Shown here: in pieces, positions 23,736 to 37,090 of the stretch
Layout: every line of letters begins with the position of its first letter
How positions within the stretch are numbered: the first letter of the stretch is position 1
Assembly (NCBI GenBank): GCA_002245135.1
Contig: NGBS01001188.1
Span: 1-64,000 of the forward strand
Source of the DNA: Proteromonas lacertae
Taxonomy: Eukaryota
Direction: 5' to 3'
DNA: 64,000 nt
Notes under the pieces: model-generated
What the model saw: only the letters and a program-made list of their open reading frames with translations
Told to the model about the DNA's origin: nothing
The model's database searches: none
Program-made: the position numbers and the translations under genes

Positions 23736-25905
23736 TGGATATGAAAAATATTAAAGAATATGAAAAACTACAACTACAGACAAATGATCTAAATTCAGTA
23801 GAAAGTTTCAATATAATGTCCAGAAAAATGAAATCAGTATCTGTGTTACTTTTTATTATTAGATTCGTCCAGGTGGAGAAATTAAGATCGAAGAGCCTAT
23901 AGTAAACGAAGCTGAAGAAGAATTGAATATAAATTATCAAGTATAGTTTATAGTAATATGTTTTATATAAATAGAGGTTATTTGAATTGTTATACCCTTG
24001 GGATACATTGAAATTAAACGATAATACACTCGATCCAAGAATAAATGAGTATGAAATTTAGAAAATATAATATTAATGAATAGAAGACTTCACGATCGTT
24101 TATACAATCGAATAGTGAAATATTTAAAACATGAATTTGATGTGCACGACAAGGATTTGAAGTATTTGAACAATCATTCACTTCTTTCACCTTCTTCAAA
24201 TGAAATTCGAGCAGTTAGTCGTTTGAGAATCAGATTGTATCATAAATTGGATATAAAAAGAATTCGAGAAGACGAAATCAAAAAGTTATTAAAAGAAGAA
24301 GAAATAATAAAAAATGAATTGATAAAAAGTGGAAATAGAGGAAGAATGTTTGAAAGATTAACAGATTTTGTTGAAGATGTAAAAGATGGGAAAAATATAG
24401 AAGAAAATTTCCCACCATCGGTTGAACTAGAAAGTGAAAAATACCACAAAGGAATAGCAAAATGGAAATCTACATTTAACAAACGTCAATGGTACGGGTT
24501 AAAAGACAGTGATGATCCAAATAAAAATAAGATTCAAACTAGAAGAATGATAAAACTTTTACCTAATATTCAATTACCAGCAAGATATGGAAGTTTAAAT
24601 GATTGGATTGAATGGTATAAAAGAGAAAATAAAGAAATAGAAAGTGATATATATCTAGCAAGTGATATAGAACCATTAACAAAAGAAGAAGTAGAAAATC
24701 ATCGAAGTAATTTGATAGGGAAAAAAGACTTATTAAATAATTATAAAGTTTCTGATAATATTCAAAGAGAAGTGGAAGAAAATGGAGTAATAATCAATAG
24801 TCCAAAATTTAAAGGGAATGTTGGTGGTCCAAGAAATGAATATTTATATACATCTTCTCCAGAATATGATTACTTTTATATGGATGATATTATCTATAAT
24901 TCAATACCAAAATGTAATTCTAAATTAATTTATAAATATCCATTAAACAATAAGAATAATATGTGTGAAAATAAAGAATGTGTTTGTAATAAATGTATAT
25001 TTTATGAAAGACATAATATAGAAAGAGATGCTGGATCTATATTTGAAACAACACACGAATTATTCGTAAAATATTGTGAAAATGAATTGTATAATTTAAA
25101 CGACTTTGGAAGTGAGAATGAAGTGAAAAGAATGTTATCTTATAAGTTAGAATTATATCCAGATTATGATTTACATCATTTAACTGAAAAACCAAAACCT
25201 TCTATCGTTTGGAAAGATGAAAGACCAATAAAATATGTAATATTTAATCCTAAAGAACTATTGGATATTTTAAAATTTGAATATTCTCCAATTCTTACTA
25301 CAATTATTAATAATTATAAAAATATAATGAAAACACCTCAATATAAAGTTCAAAAAGGAATTCCAATGGAATATTTAAAAAGAATGGAAGTATTATTTAG
25401 GAAATTGTCTATGCCAAGACAACAGAGAGTTCATTATTTATCGCAATTCGCAGGTCAAAATTTCTCTTACAGTGTTAAATATTGCATTCAGAGTTGGGAA
25501 AAGGCTTTAATCAATATAATGCAAAGAGAGAAATTAATGATGAAAATAAAGAAATTAGTAGAAGAAAAAGATGAAGATACAACAAGTACCGGAGCAGTAA
25601 TAACTCAAAAGAAGTTTGAAATTTGGACATTTATTAAACAGAGATATATTCCAAGTGTAAATGTATGTGTTGATGATACTATCAAGTTATATAAAATGTT
25701 TAAAATATATCTAAGTCTTGGAAGTAGTCTTTACATAGAGAGATTAAATGCTGATAATGATTGGATCAGAAATCGTGTGGATTTTACATTAGATGATGTG
25801 ACAAAAGAAGCACTAAGAAAGAAAGAGAAAGAGGATATGATTAGAAAGAGAGAGAATGAGAAACAAGCTAAATTGTTGAAAGAACAGAAGAGTAAAAAGA
25901 AGTAA
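23736..25905 (+). CDS. Hypothetical protein with a CCDC87-like C-terminal helical domain
   Basis: Three short 5' introns (~23837-23862, 23941-23974, ~24048-24082) link MDMKNIKEY.. in frame to the 609-aa ORF. RMEVLFRKLSMPRQQRVHYLSQF..SWEKALINIMQREKLM resembles my recollection of the CCDC87 C-terminus. Start uncertain. Confidence 0.6.
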
Positions 25906-26072
25906 ATTTAATTCATTATTTATTTTATGTTGTTATTTGATTAATAATTTAAAAAAACATATATAATCTTATAATAGAATATAAATGGTTATTCTGTTAA
26001 AATTAGAAATAATATTTCAAAATTCATTAAAATCATTTTCTTTCTTTTTCATTTACCCTCTTTATCACTTCT

Positions 26073-26658
26073 TTAAGCTGAAACAGCTTCAGTCATATTT
26101 ATATTATTATTTTTTATATTATCATTGTATATTATACTATCAGTATTATTGTCATTATCATTATCAAGTGGTCCATCACCATCTATTACAGGTTTTGGAT
26201 CTAATGAAGGTAAAGGTTCATTTCCTGAAGCAGATGGAGCTTTAGGAATGCTCTTTTTATTGGATTTGTTTGTGCTATTATTATCATTATCTTCAAGATC
26301 AATATCCACATCACCAAGTTCATCATCATCATCATCATCATCATCTAAATTTTCATGGTTTTCACCATCTTCTAAATTGTATAATTCATTATCATCATTA
26401 TCTTCATCACTCAATTGTACTTCTTCTTCTTCTTCATTGTTATTATCATTGTTATTATCATTATCATCACTTAATTCATTAGTATTAGTTGATTCTACTG
26501 GTTCAGGTTTAGTAGTCTCCTTCTTTTTAATTGCTTTCTTTGCTACTTTCTTTACTTCATTTGGCTTGCTCTTTGGTGCTGGCATTTCATCATCATCCTG
26601 TTGTTGTTGTTGTTGTTGATTTTCTTCTTCTTCTTCTGGTTGTGGTTCAACTAATCTT

Positions 26659-26689
<31 letters not shown>

Positions 26690-29183
26690 CATTTTGTTGT
26701 TGACTTCTGCTACTATTCTTCTTACTCTTTCGTTTATTATTTTGATTATTCTTTTTATTCTTATGTTTTGGTGTAGTATAAGATTCAGGTTTAAATGAAC
26801 AATTCTCTACTTCCAATTGTTTCTTTCTTTCTTCTAATTCCTTGTAATCTTTAGGTTTTGATAATTGACTCCATACATCACTTCTATTCTGAGTAACTTT
26901 ATCATATTTTGATTGTTTAGTATTAGGTGTAAATGGACAATCTTTCTTTAAATATTCTTGAGCCTTTTGTTCTCTCTTTTCCATTATTCGCTTATAATCA
27001 TTAGTTCTCTTCCATATTGGAGTATTCTCTTTATCATATGGATTAATCTCAGGGTGGAAAGTACATTCTTCATATCCTTTATATTCTAACTCCTGCTTAC
27101 GTTGTTCCATTTGATTCTGTATATTTTCATTACGATTATTACTGATAGAGAATAATCTGTCAAATACAGATTCTTCATTCCTACTTTCATCTAATGGAAT
27201 ATTCTCATTAATCTCAGGATGGAATGAAGGGACTTCTTTGTAGGAGTAATCTATATGTTCAGGTTGCGCTAAATATAATCTTTCATAAACATTCTTACCT
27301 GCTCGAATATGTAGATTTTTGGCTTTATTAACTCTTGGATGGAAAGTGCAATCTTCAATTTCTTTATTGGCTTTTTCTTTCTTTTTTTCTTCTAATCTCT
27401 TCTTATATTCTTTAGCAGCTTCAAAATTACGTTCAGCTACATCTTTATCTGTCTTTAAATACCTTCCACTACCATTTGTTTCATTTACTGATTTAATATA
27501 ATAATCATCGTTAATTTCTGGTGTAAAAGTACATTCTTCTAATTCAAATTCCATTTTAGTTTCTTCTAAATCATCATAATTCTTTCTACATTTATTCTGT
27601 CTTTCTTGAAAGTTGTCTTTGCCTTTTAGTAATTGTTTTGTCTTCTTTTTATTAGTTTGAGGCGTAAAACTAGGTTCTTCTGGTGGTTTAGGATTCTCAA
27701 TCTGTTTCATTGCTTTCTTATATAAATCAGCATATACATTCTTCTCTTTTCTATTTAAACTTTGGCTTCTCTTGTTAATCTGAGGATGAAATGTACCTTC
27801 ACTTCTTCCAGCATGAGAGTTATAATATTCATCGTAAAACTGATTACTATGAATTATATGACTTCTTTTAACACTTTGTTCAAGCCTTTGCTCGAAGGTA
27901 GTTGTTGGTGTGAATGATCTATTGATAGTTGGTGTATAACTGTTCTCAGTGTCTTTCATTCTAGCTATTTCTTCTGCTTCTATTTTGTTATGTTGAGATA
28001 TCTTTGCTTTCTCGTATAGTCTTACTCCTGCTGGTTTACCATCATCGTCATCTTCACTCATATGATATTCATTAATCTTTGGATGGAAAGTATATTCTTG
28101 TTCTGTTTGGGAATCTATATCATCTAATCTTTTGAATAAATCACTTCCTCTTGGCTTGTCTTTTAATACTTTTTCACGTTTTGGAACACTTAAATATCGT
28201 TTTTCTATTGGTATACGTGGTTTAGTGAATTTATAATTTACTGTAGTTGAAGGATGGTGAGTACATTCTAAATCTTCTAATTTCATTTGTAATTGTTTTC
28301 TTTTTTCTTCTTTTAATAATGCATTTTCGTATAAATCATTAGAAGCTTTCTATTGAAAGATTAATAATATTAAAAAAAATAATAAGTTTGTTATAAAGAA
28401 TAAAAATATAGTCGTTTCAGAAAACACAAGAGTTACGTTGATAATATGATGTATGTATAAAAATTAATAAGTATTATATATATAGAGAGTATATATACTT
28501 CTGGACTACGATTCTTTAACTTAGAACTGTTCACCTTTGGTTTAAAGGGTGTTTCATTCTTGATTTCTTGTTCTAACTTCTTTTGTCTGATTTTCTATTT
28601 TGATAAATATTAATTAAGCTATACTCTTGACATTTCTAATCTATGATGTAACTCTTCATATTCATTCTAATTAAATAATAAATAATGAAATTTAGATATA
28701 TACTCTTGTTATTTCGGATTTACAAGATGCTCTAGTCTTGGTTGTAGCATTCATAGTCACTGATGGAGATCTAAAATCATCATTATCATTAGACTGTCTT
28801 GTTAGATTCAATGGACTAGTCATAATTTTCTTCTTTTGAGCTGCTGGTGCAGTTACCTATACAATTAGAATCCTTATTATACAGATCTCTTAATGACGGT
28901 TGACTTTTTTGGTGAAGCCTAACGAAATATTATTGCAATGAATAATACATAATTGTTTTTAATAGGTGTCTGTTGTAGTTGTTGTGGATTATCACCTATA
29001 ACAGTTACAAAATTGGTTGATACTTTCTTCCTGGTTGTCAGGTCGTTGAATAGGTACATGCTGGTTATCTCTCTTGCCCTGATGTGGTCTTACAGCCATG
29101 TTTTCTTCCTCTCTATCAACAATTGGACTAGTTGATGGATTAGAAGCATCTTCTGAAGTCATGAGCTTATGAGGGGTTGGCAT
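26073..29183 (-). CDS. Repeat protein with [EC]xTF[HT]PxIN and VxERLY motifs and an acidic low-complexity tail; probably cytoskeletal
   Basis: About 9 copies of the motif (EYTFHPKIN, ECTFTPEIN, DCTFHPRVN, ECTFHPEIN, DCPFTPNT) in the 737-aa last exon. Several upstream exons start at MPTPHKL; exon boundaries only partly resolved. Confidence 0.75.
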
Positions 29184-29323
29184 TTCAAAAATTATAAATT
29201 ACAGTAAAATTAATTTGGAGAATGAACAAGGGGTTAGTAAGAATTGAAAATTTCAAAAAAATTCAGAATAACTCCCACTTGCATTAGTAAAAATCTATTC
29301 GTTTCAGGTCATTTAAAAAAATC

Positions 29324-30608
29324 ATGCTGAATAAACATTATTATATGACTCTATGCTTCATTATGTATGGTCTGGCATACATATCGAGGAAAAGCTTTAA
29401 CTCCCTCATACCAAAAATTGAAGAGGAGGTTGGAATTTCTACTCAATTTGTTGGTAGTGTGAGTCTTTACACTCATATTAGTTATGTTGTTAGCAAAGTT
29501 TTTGGCAATATTGTATCAGATTATTGTGATGCAAAACAGTCCATCATCCTTTATTTGTCAATGTCTCTCATATCGCACATATTAATCTACACAAAAATCA
29601 CCAATGAATCAATTGCATTGTTAGTGTATTTATCACTGAATTCGCTTTCAATTGGTGCATTATGGTCTTCTGTTCGAACTTTAATATTTAATTGGACAAA
29701 TAAATCAGGTATTTTTATTTAAAAATTCATAATTTCATAATATATAGAAAGAGGAATGTATACTGCATTAATGACTAATTCAACTTTAATTGGAAGTTTT
29801 ATCATAACATTTTTATTACATTTTAAATTTCTATTAGCTAAACAGATCTTTATGATTTATACATTTATTATATTGATTAATATAATTGTCTCTAGTTTAA
29901 TTGAATCTGAAGCCAAAAAAGAAAGAGAGTGAAGAAGATAAAAAAGAAAATGAAAAAGAGTCAACTCAAACGGACATCAAGCCTAATTATTATGTTTTGT
30001 TGATTCTGTTGATAGGTCATTCGATAGTTCATTTTCTAAAGACAATATGGTCTGATTGGCTTTCTTCTTTATTATTTAATTATTATAATTTCAATTCGAT
30101 TGATATAAGTAGTTTAATATTATCATATGATATAGGAAATATATTTGGAGGAATTTCAGCTGGTTATATCTCCGATTTAAAATCATATTCCAAAAATAGA
30201 TCCGTTATTATATTATATTATTGTGTAGTAGGTTTTATTCATTCATTATTTTATCAGTATATTTCAATATCAAATAATAATGAAGTTGATAATAATTCAT
30301 TTTTGTTTTATATAATTTTAATAATGTTATTTATTAGTGGTTTTTCCTTAGGAGGTCCTTTCTGTTTAGGTGGATTAGTAATAAGTGAATTTGATGTTAA
30401 AAATAAAGGTAAAATCAGTGCGTTAGCAAGTATTGCAGAATTATCACTAAGTCCTTTGAATATTGTGGTGAATAAATATATTCAAAGTTATGGATGGAAT
30501 ATTTTGCTTATTATTTATACATTATGTTTTGTAGTTATTTTCCTATTCTTTGTTCCTTATGTAGTTATTGTGAATAATAGTTTGAAGAAAGAGATTAAGA
30601 GGGATTGA
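29324..30608 (+). CDS. MFS transporter, organophosphate:Pi antiporter (OPA; GlpT/UhpC/SLC37-like) family
   Basis: YGLAYISRKSF, SKVFGNIVSDY, NWTNKS/ERG across intron 29709-29747, GNIFGGISAGYISDL; many hydrophobic segments. Confidence 0.85.
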
Positions 30609-30826
30609 GTAAATTTAAATTATATTTTAATATATTTAAATATTGTTGTATTGTATAAATAAAAATTGCGAAATTTAATATTTTTACATCTGTTATGATT
30701 ATTATCTAATATTATACACACTATTTTTTATTTAGGTTTGAATTATTGGTTTGAGTCTTCGTTTCTTCTCAGAACTTTTTCTACTAAATCCCAATAGTAT
30801 TTAGTATTATTAATAGCTAATAAACA

Positions 30827-31664
30827 ATGGATAATATATTCTTATGGTTGTCAGGAACTGCATTTGCCGGTGCGTATATAAAGAGTTGTGAATATTCTTT
30901 ATTTCATATAGTTTTAAATTTTTATATGATGGTTATGCATATAGTAGAACTGAAACAAATATAAGACATGTTGATGATGTTCCTGATACTATGCCTCACT
31001 ACCAGAAGATTAATGGAACAATTTTAGCTTCCAACCCATTGATGCATATGGGAGCTGATAATACCTTAGAACAATATGATAATACAATATATTTAGAAAC
31101 TAGAATTCAACAAATAGCAGAAGAACGAGAAGGAATAGTGAAAGACTTAAAATCGAATGAAAGTGTTTATTTATCCATTTCACCAGTATTTTCATTGAAA
31201 TTAATGAATAATGCTAAATGTACAGTATATACGAATGGAGTAAATCCTTATTTCTTATCATTAATGTCTCATCCGGTCAAATCTACTCCAATTATTACAG
31301 AGAAAGAAGAAATGATTGGCACTCCAATCCATCCACCAGTACCTACTACAATAGTGAAAGCTGGAAGTGAAAGAGTATATGGTGTTGGAGCTGGTGAAAA
31401 TGTGACAATTTATGGTGATTTAACGAGATATGAGAATGGATATTGTATTCAAGCATCTCCATATAGATTCTGTGTATAATCTTATATTGTATAATATCTT
31501 TAAAATAGCCTTTCTTGATTACTAATGGTAATAAACGTGAAGTAATTGAATATTTCCAGAATCAACAGTTTAATTCATACTTCATTGGCATGAGTTTATT
31601 AGCTGCTGGTGGTATATGTATGTTCTACAGACATAAACATCAAAAAAGTGTCCAAGTCTTATAA
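30827..31664 (+). CDS. GIDE-domain-like protein (MUL1/MAPL/SP1-like), two TM segments, no RING
   Basis: N-terminal hydrophobic exon, then ERVYGVGAGENVTIYGDL..CIQASPY..PFLITNG, then TM YFIGMSLLAAGGICMFY. Two short introns. Confidence 0.6.
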
Positions 31665-31798
31665 ATAGATTTTAAACATTTTCTAAACCATATACTAAAC
31701 TATTTTTGTATAAATTCTTCTACATATATCTTTATCTTCACAACAAAAATTCACTTTTAAAAAAAGTTGGGATTTCTTACACTTTACATTCATTTTGA

Positions 31799-34334
31799 AT
31801 GACTACAACCATTAATTTCCAAACAATCTATGGAGCCACTTCAGAAGGACCTATATGCTCTATTCTAAAGATTGATAATGTATGCTTTGTACTTTTCACT
31901 CATTATAGATATCTATATTATTGGATTGCGGTTGGGATGATAATTTTGATGTAAGTTTATTAGAACCATTACGTGAAATAGTTCCAAATATCCAGCTGGT
32001 ATTAATATCACATCCTGATCTTGAACATCTTGGTGCTTTACCTTATATTCACAAGCACTTTAATTTAACAGCACGAATATACTGTACACAACCAATTTGT
32101 TCACTTGGTCGAATATGTCTGAAAGATATAGTTAAAACTCGTTCAAATTATGAAATTTTCGATATATTTACTGATGAAGATATTGATGAATGTTTCAATT
32201 CAATGGTCTCCTGTGGTTACGGAGTTCCATTACGATTTGAAGGAACAGATATCATAATTAAGGCATATCGAGCTGGTAGATTAATAGGTAGTTCAATCTG
32301 GGAAATTCGTAAAGAATATGACAAAATATATTACGCAATGGAATTCAATCCAAGACATAACAACCTTGTAGATGGTGCTGATATTAAATCCATCAAAAAT
32401 CCAACGTTATTCATAACGGATAGTTATAATTGGTCAAATTTTGATGGACAACCAGAGAGTAAAGACAAAAAACCGCTCAAACAGACAGAAATAGTAAAAG
32501 ATTTAGGAGATTCAATTTGGGAGATATTAAAAGTAGGTGGAAATGTCTTAATCCCATGCGATAATGTAGGTAAATGTTTGAGTATATTAATTGAATTAGA
32601 AAAAATCTGGAGAGAGAAATCATGGGGATTAAGTTACGATTTATATTTTCTACAAAGTTATAGTAAAAGTACAATAGATAGATGTATAGAATTTCCACAT
32701 TGGCTTAGAAAGAACAACGAATCAAATTTAGATTTTAATTATCTGCAGTTAATCGAAAATATGGATGAATTAAGAGTGGAAAATAAGGTGGATAATAGAA
32801 TATTATCATTAAATACTGAAAGAGTAAGGAGTAATGGACAAACAACAAATACAATTAAAGATTTCATCAAACCGATGGTAGTGGTTACACCAATGATATC
32901 ATTAAATACAAGTTTCGCACAATACCGTTTGGTAAATTGGGGCGCACCGAAAAGGGAGGAAAATCATAATTTATTATTAATGACTGAAAAACCACCAGAT
33001 TATACACTCTCCTATGAAATATTAAAATATAAATTAAATGAATCTGAAAATATAAGTAAATTCCATTATATACATAGACAGAAAGTGGTATTAAGAGATG
33101 ATGAATTGGAAGAATATAAACGAAAAACTGATGAAGAAAATGAATTGAAAAGAAAGAATAAATTATTAACCAATCAAATTGAAGAGATTGGAAATGAATC
33201 CAGTAGTGATGATGATGAAGAAATTGATGATATAAATAATGAAGATAATAATAGAGAATTAAGAAGAAAACGTAAATCAATAATATCTGAATTAGCACAT
33301 GGTAAATACACTATTCCTAAATATCCTATGTTTGATTATGTTGAAGATAATACAATTATTGATGACTATGGTGTAAGATATGATAATGTAATTATAGAAC
33401 CACCTGTTTTTAAATCAGTAAATCAAGAAAATAATAATAATAACGTTGCTACTAATTTTAATAACCTAAGTAGCAATATCGATGCTTTATCCAATCCAAC
33501 CTCAAACACTTCTCAAGCCACAAATAAAAATGTAAAAATAGATCCGTTACAATTTGAAAAAATGCCAATGAAGACTTTCCAAGAGGATCGAACAATGGAA
33601 ATTAATTGTAAAGTAAAATATATTCCATTTAATGACCATTGTGAACCTTATGATTCTTATAGTATTATCACTGGTTCAATTCAACCAAAGAAGTTAATTA
33701 TTGTGCATGGAAACGAAGTAGGAACTGAAAATATGGCAAATCATATAACCACTACTTTAATGAATAAAAATCCAACTTTTGAAGTGTATATCCCAAAAGA
33801 CACTGAAGTGGTTGAATTAAAAACACAGTCTACAATTATTAAGACAAAAATAGATAAACAATTAATATCTAAACCGTTGAAGTTTATAAAGAGTAGTAAG
33901 GATTGTTCATTAGGTTTTATAAGCTGTGAATTTGTTAATGAAAATGATGAAAATAGTAATAAAGAAATTATCTATGACAATAATAACAGTGATGATTATA
34001 GAAGTGAAAATGAGAATTTAACGATGATACCAACTCCTCAATTTATTGAAAGTATATTAATTATTAATTTATTTATTTTTATTATATAGCAAGTGATTGT
34101 GACTTATATGTAAGTGATGAAGATTTGTTGCTTCACAAATTAAACAAGTTATTACTTGATAATAAGATAAATGCTGAAATTAAGTATAATACAAAAGAAA
34201 AATCCGTGATTTTGTGTAATAAATTGATAAAAATACAGATATCTAATAAAAATTTGTTTTTAGATGGTCCAGTCTGTAAATTATATTATACAATTAAAGA
34301 TATCTTGTTTAGTCAATTACATCCATTGTTTTAG
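31799..34334 (+). CDS. CPSF2: Cleavage and polyadenylation specificity factor subunit 2 (CPSF100)
   Basis: LLDCGWDD, LISHPDLEHLGALPY (degenerate MBL motif), AGRLIGSSIW, GGNVLIPCD, YPMF, DDYG, PKKLIIVHG and LDGPVCKLYYTIKDILFSQ. Introns near 31880-31908 and 34052-34089. Confidence 0.95.
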
Positions 34335-34476
34335 AATTGTTTTTTTTGTTGATAACACATTATTATTATTATTATGTAGTTTATATTTGTTTGTTAGTTA
34401 TTAATAAAAGGATTTTAATAAATAAGAACTTGAGAAAAAGCTTGATAATTTATTCTTCTTTCAATAATTAGAAGCA

Positions 34477-35267
34477 ATGGCGAGTATTTTTCTGTATGCA
34501 TCAGGCGCATCTTTATTATGTGCGTATAAAATAATGAATTAACAGTCAATAGTGCGAAATACTATTTTGATGGTTATACTTACATGAAATATAGGCAGAA
34601 CATCATAGAAGCAGATGAAGGTCAGACAGGTTTACCTCATTTTACCAAAGTACAAGGCAAAGTAGTCAGTGCCAAAGGAATGCTTCACAAAATATCTGAG
34701 AGAATTCTTCTAGAGTTAGATGGTTTAGCATATGTAGAAACTCGAGATGATTATAATAAACCTGTTTATACATCACTAAATGAGAATTTTTCAATAGTCT
34801 TACCGTATTTTTTGAATTATTGTTATAATAATAGAAATACTCATGTTAACAAAACATGTGAAGTATATACCAGAGGTTTGATCACCAACAATTTATCTTC
34901 AATCTCCAAACAAGTTGTTGATATTCCAATTACAGTTGTATTCCTTTATATATTATACATAATAGGATGATTCGGTTAAAGAAAAGATATACGGTATTGG
35001 CTTATTAGATGATATCACAATATATGGTGATTTCACAGATACTGATCGAAGAATCTCCATTAAAAAATCACCATATTATTTATGTGTATATATTTAATCT
35101 TTAATTAATAGCCTTTCGTGATTACTGATGGCTCCAGTGATCAAGTACAAAGATATTTTGTTGGTCAAGAATTTAAGTCATATTTGATTGGAACTTGTTT
35201 TGCTGGACTTGGTGGATTGTTATTATACTCATGGAATCGTACTAGACGTGGTAATAAATCTCTATAA
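34477..35267 (+). CDS. GIDE-domain-like protein, paralog 2
   Basis: Homologous to 30827-31664: DGYTY, PHFTKVQG, EKIYGIGLLDDITIYGDF, SPY, PFVITDG, C-terminal TM. Three short introns. Confidence 0.6.
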
Positions 35268-35429
35268 TTAAAATATGAATGTTGTAATTTAGTTTCTTTT
35301 ACAGTTCTTTTTTAAATTTATAATATAATATATTGTTGATGTATATTTTGTTTAATTGATGCTTGTTAAGTTTATAAATTAAAAAGCTTGATAAGAGCTT
35401 GACAAATTCTTTTTTATATTTTGAATGAT

Positions 35430-35758
35430 ATGTCATTTTTTTCAAAGCGTGCATCTGCCGTTTCACTGTTGCTTGCGTATGTAGTGCTGAATAAAACGAA
35501 AATAGCGCCAAATTTTATTGTGATGGTTATACTAACAAAATATACAGATTAAATGTTAAAGAAGTTGATGAAGATAAAATGAGAATAGCAAACTTTACAA
35601 AATTACAAGGTAAGGTACTATGTGCTGATATAATTCAACATAAAATATCAAATAGTATTAAAATCGAAATAGACAGTTATGCTTACTTAGAAACTCGTGA
35701 TAATGATTTTAAACCTGTATATACATCTTTAAATACAATTTTCTCAATATTAAATTAA
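35430..35758 (+). pseudogene. 3'-truncated third GIDE-like paralog (absent from the ORF track)
   Basis: After a 29-nt intron it reads FYCDGYTNKIYRLNVKEVDE..FTKLQGKV..AYLETRDNDFKPVYTSLN, colinear with paralog 2, then stops at TAA 35756-35758. Confidence 0.75.
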
Positions 35759-35794
35759 TACAAGTTTTTGCTTGAACTAAAAATCAGTTTCAAA

Positions 35795-37056
35795 ATGGGT
35801 GGTTGTATTACGAAGGTATGATCCATTGTTGTTATGTTTAGGATAATTATTATAGTCCTATATTCACATATATACCTCCCAAAAACGTATATAAAATAGA
35901 AATTGATATTTTATCAAATAGAATAGCACAATATCTTATATAACATATGCTTCATGTACAAGTATCGGGTACATGCATATGAAAAATGAAAATCAGGATA
36001 GAGGAGGAGTTTCACTAAATCCAGGAGGAGGAGGCACCAGATTTGTTGCATTTGTGTTTGATGGTCATGGTGAATTTGGTAGTGCTGTAGTAGAATACGC
36101 ACTAGAAGAATTCCCAGAAATTTTACACAAACATATCCAGCTTAGTTCAGTTAGACCACAATTTTATTTGCCACAAAAAGAAGTAAGGCCTCGTGAAGAA
36201 TCGCATAGTAGCATGGGAGTATATTAACAAAATTATTAATTATACTTAGGATTATTCGTCACTTAGTCAGAAATATACAAACCAAGATAGTAGCTGTAGA
36301 TTAAGCAGTAAAATAACCAATTCAACTCATATTTTGCCACTTAATAGTAATTTAGTCAATCCTTTACAAACTACTAACATCTCTGTATTACCTGCAAAAC
36401 CAAGAGCATTATCAACTCAAACCTTATCAAACTCATATACAGTTTCACCATCCAACAAACAAGAAAATACAAAAAATAAAAGATTAGAGAAAAGTATAAG
36501 TATAGATAAAAGAAACAAAAGCAAAAAAAGTATTTTACATGAATCATCATCATCATCAGGAGCAGCAGCAGGAGGAGGAGGAGAACATATAAAATATAAA
36601 GAAAGTCATCGATATCTATCACTAGATCGAGTAGTTCATCAAAGCAGTGGGAAATATCTACGAAATGACTTTAACACTGCATTTGAAACAGGTTCAAATG
36701 GAAGAAATTACAACAATCACAATCTATCTCCATCAGATTCAGTGAATAATTTGAATAATAACATCAGTTGTAACAATGAATATATGTATAATAATAATAA
36801 TAATACAATCAATGGAGATATTTTATGTGAGATAATGAAACATAGTTTTTTAGATTTACATAATAATATGATAGAAAATAGCAATGAAAATTGTTCATTA
36901 GAAATGAGCGGTTGTACAGCTACTTCTATCATGATTGAAGGAAATACGTTAATAAGTAGTAATGTAGGTGATAGTCGTGCTTTGCTATGTAGGAGAAATA
37001 ATGAAAATAAATATTTTGGTGTTCAAATAACAACTGATCATCGAGTGAGTGTACCA

Positions 37057-37090
<34 letters not shown>

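Noticed and set aside
26320..26700. TCA, TGT and TTA trinucleotide runs
   Set aside because: They encode poly-D, poly-Q and poly-N in the low-complexity tail of the minus-strand protein; ordinary for AT-rich protists.
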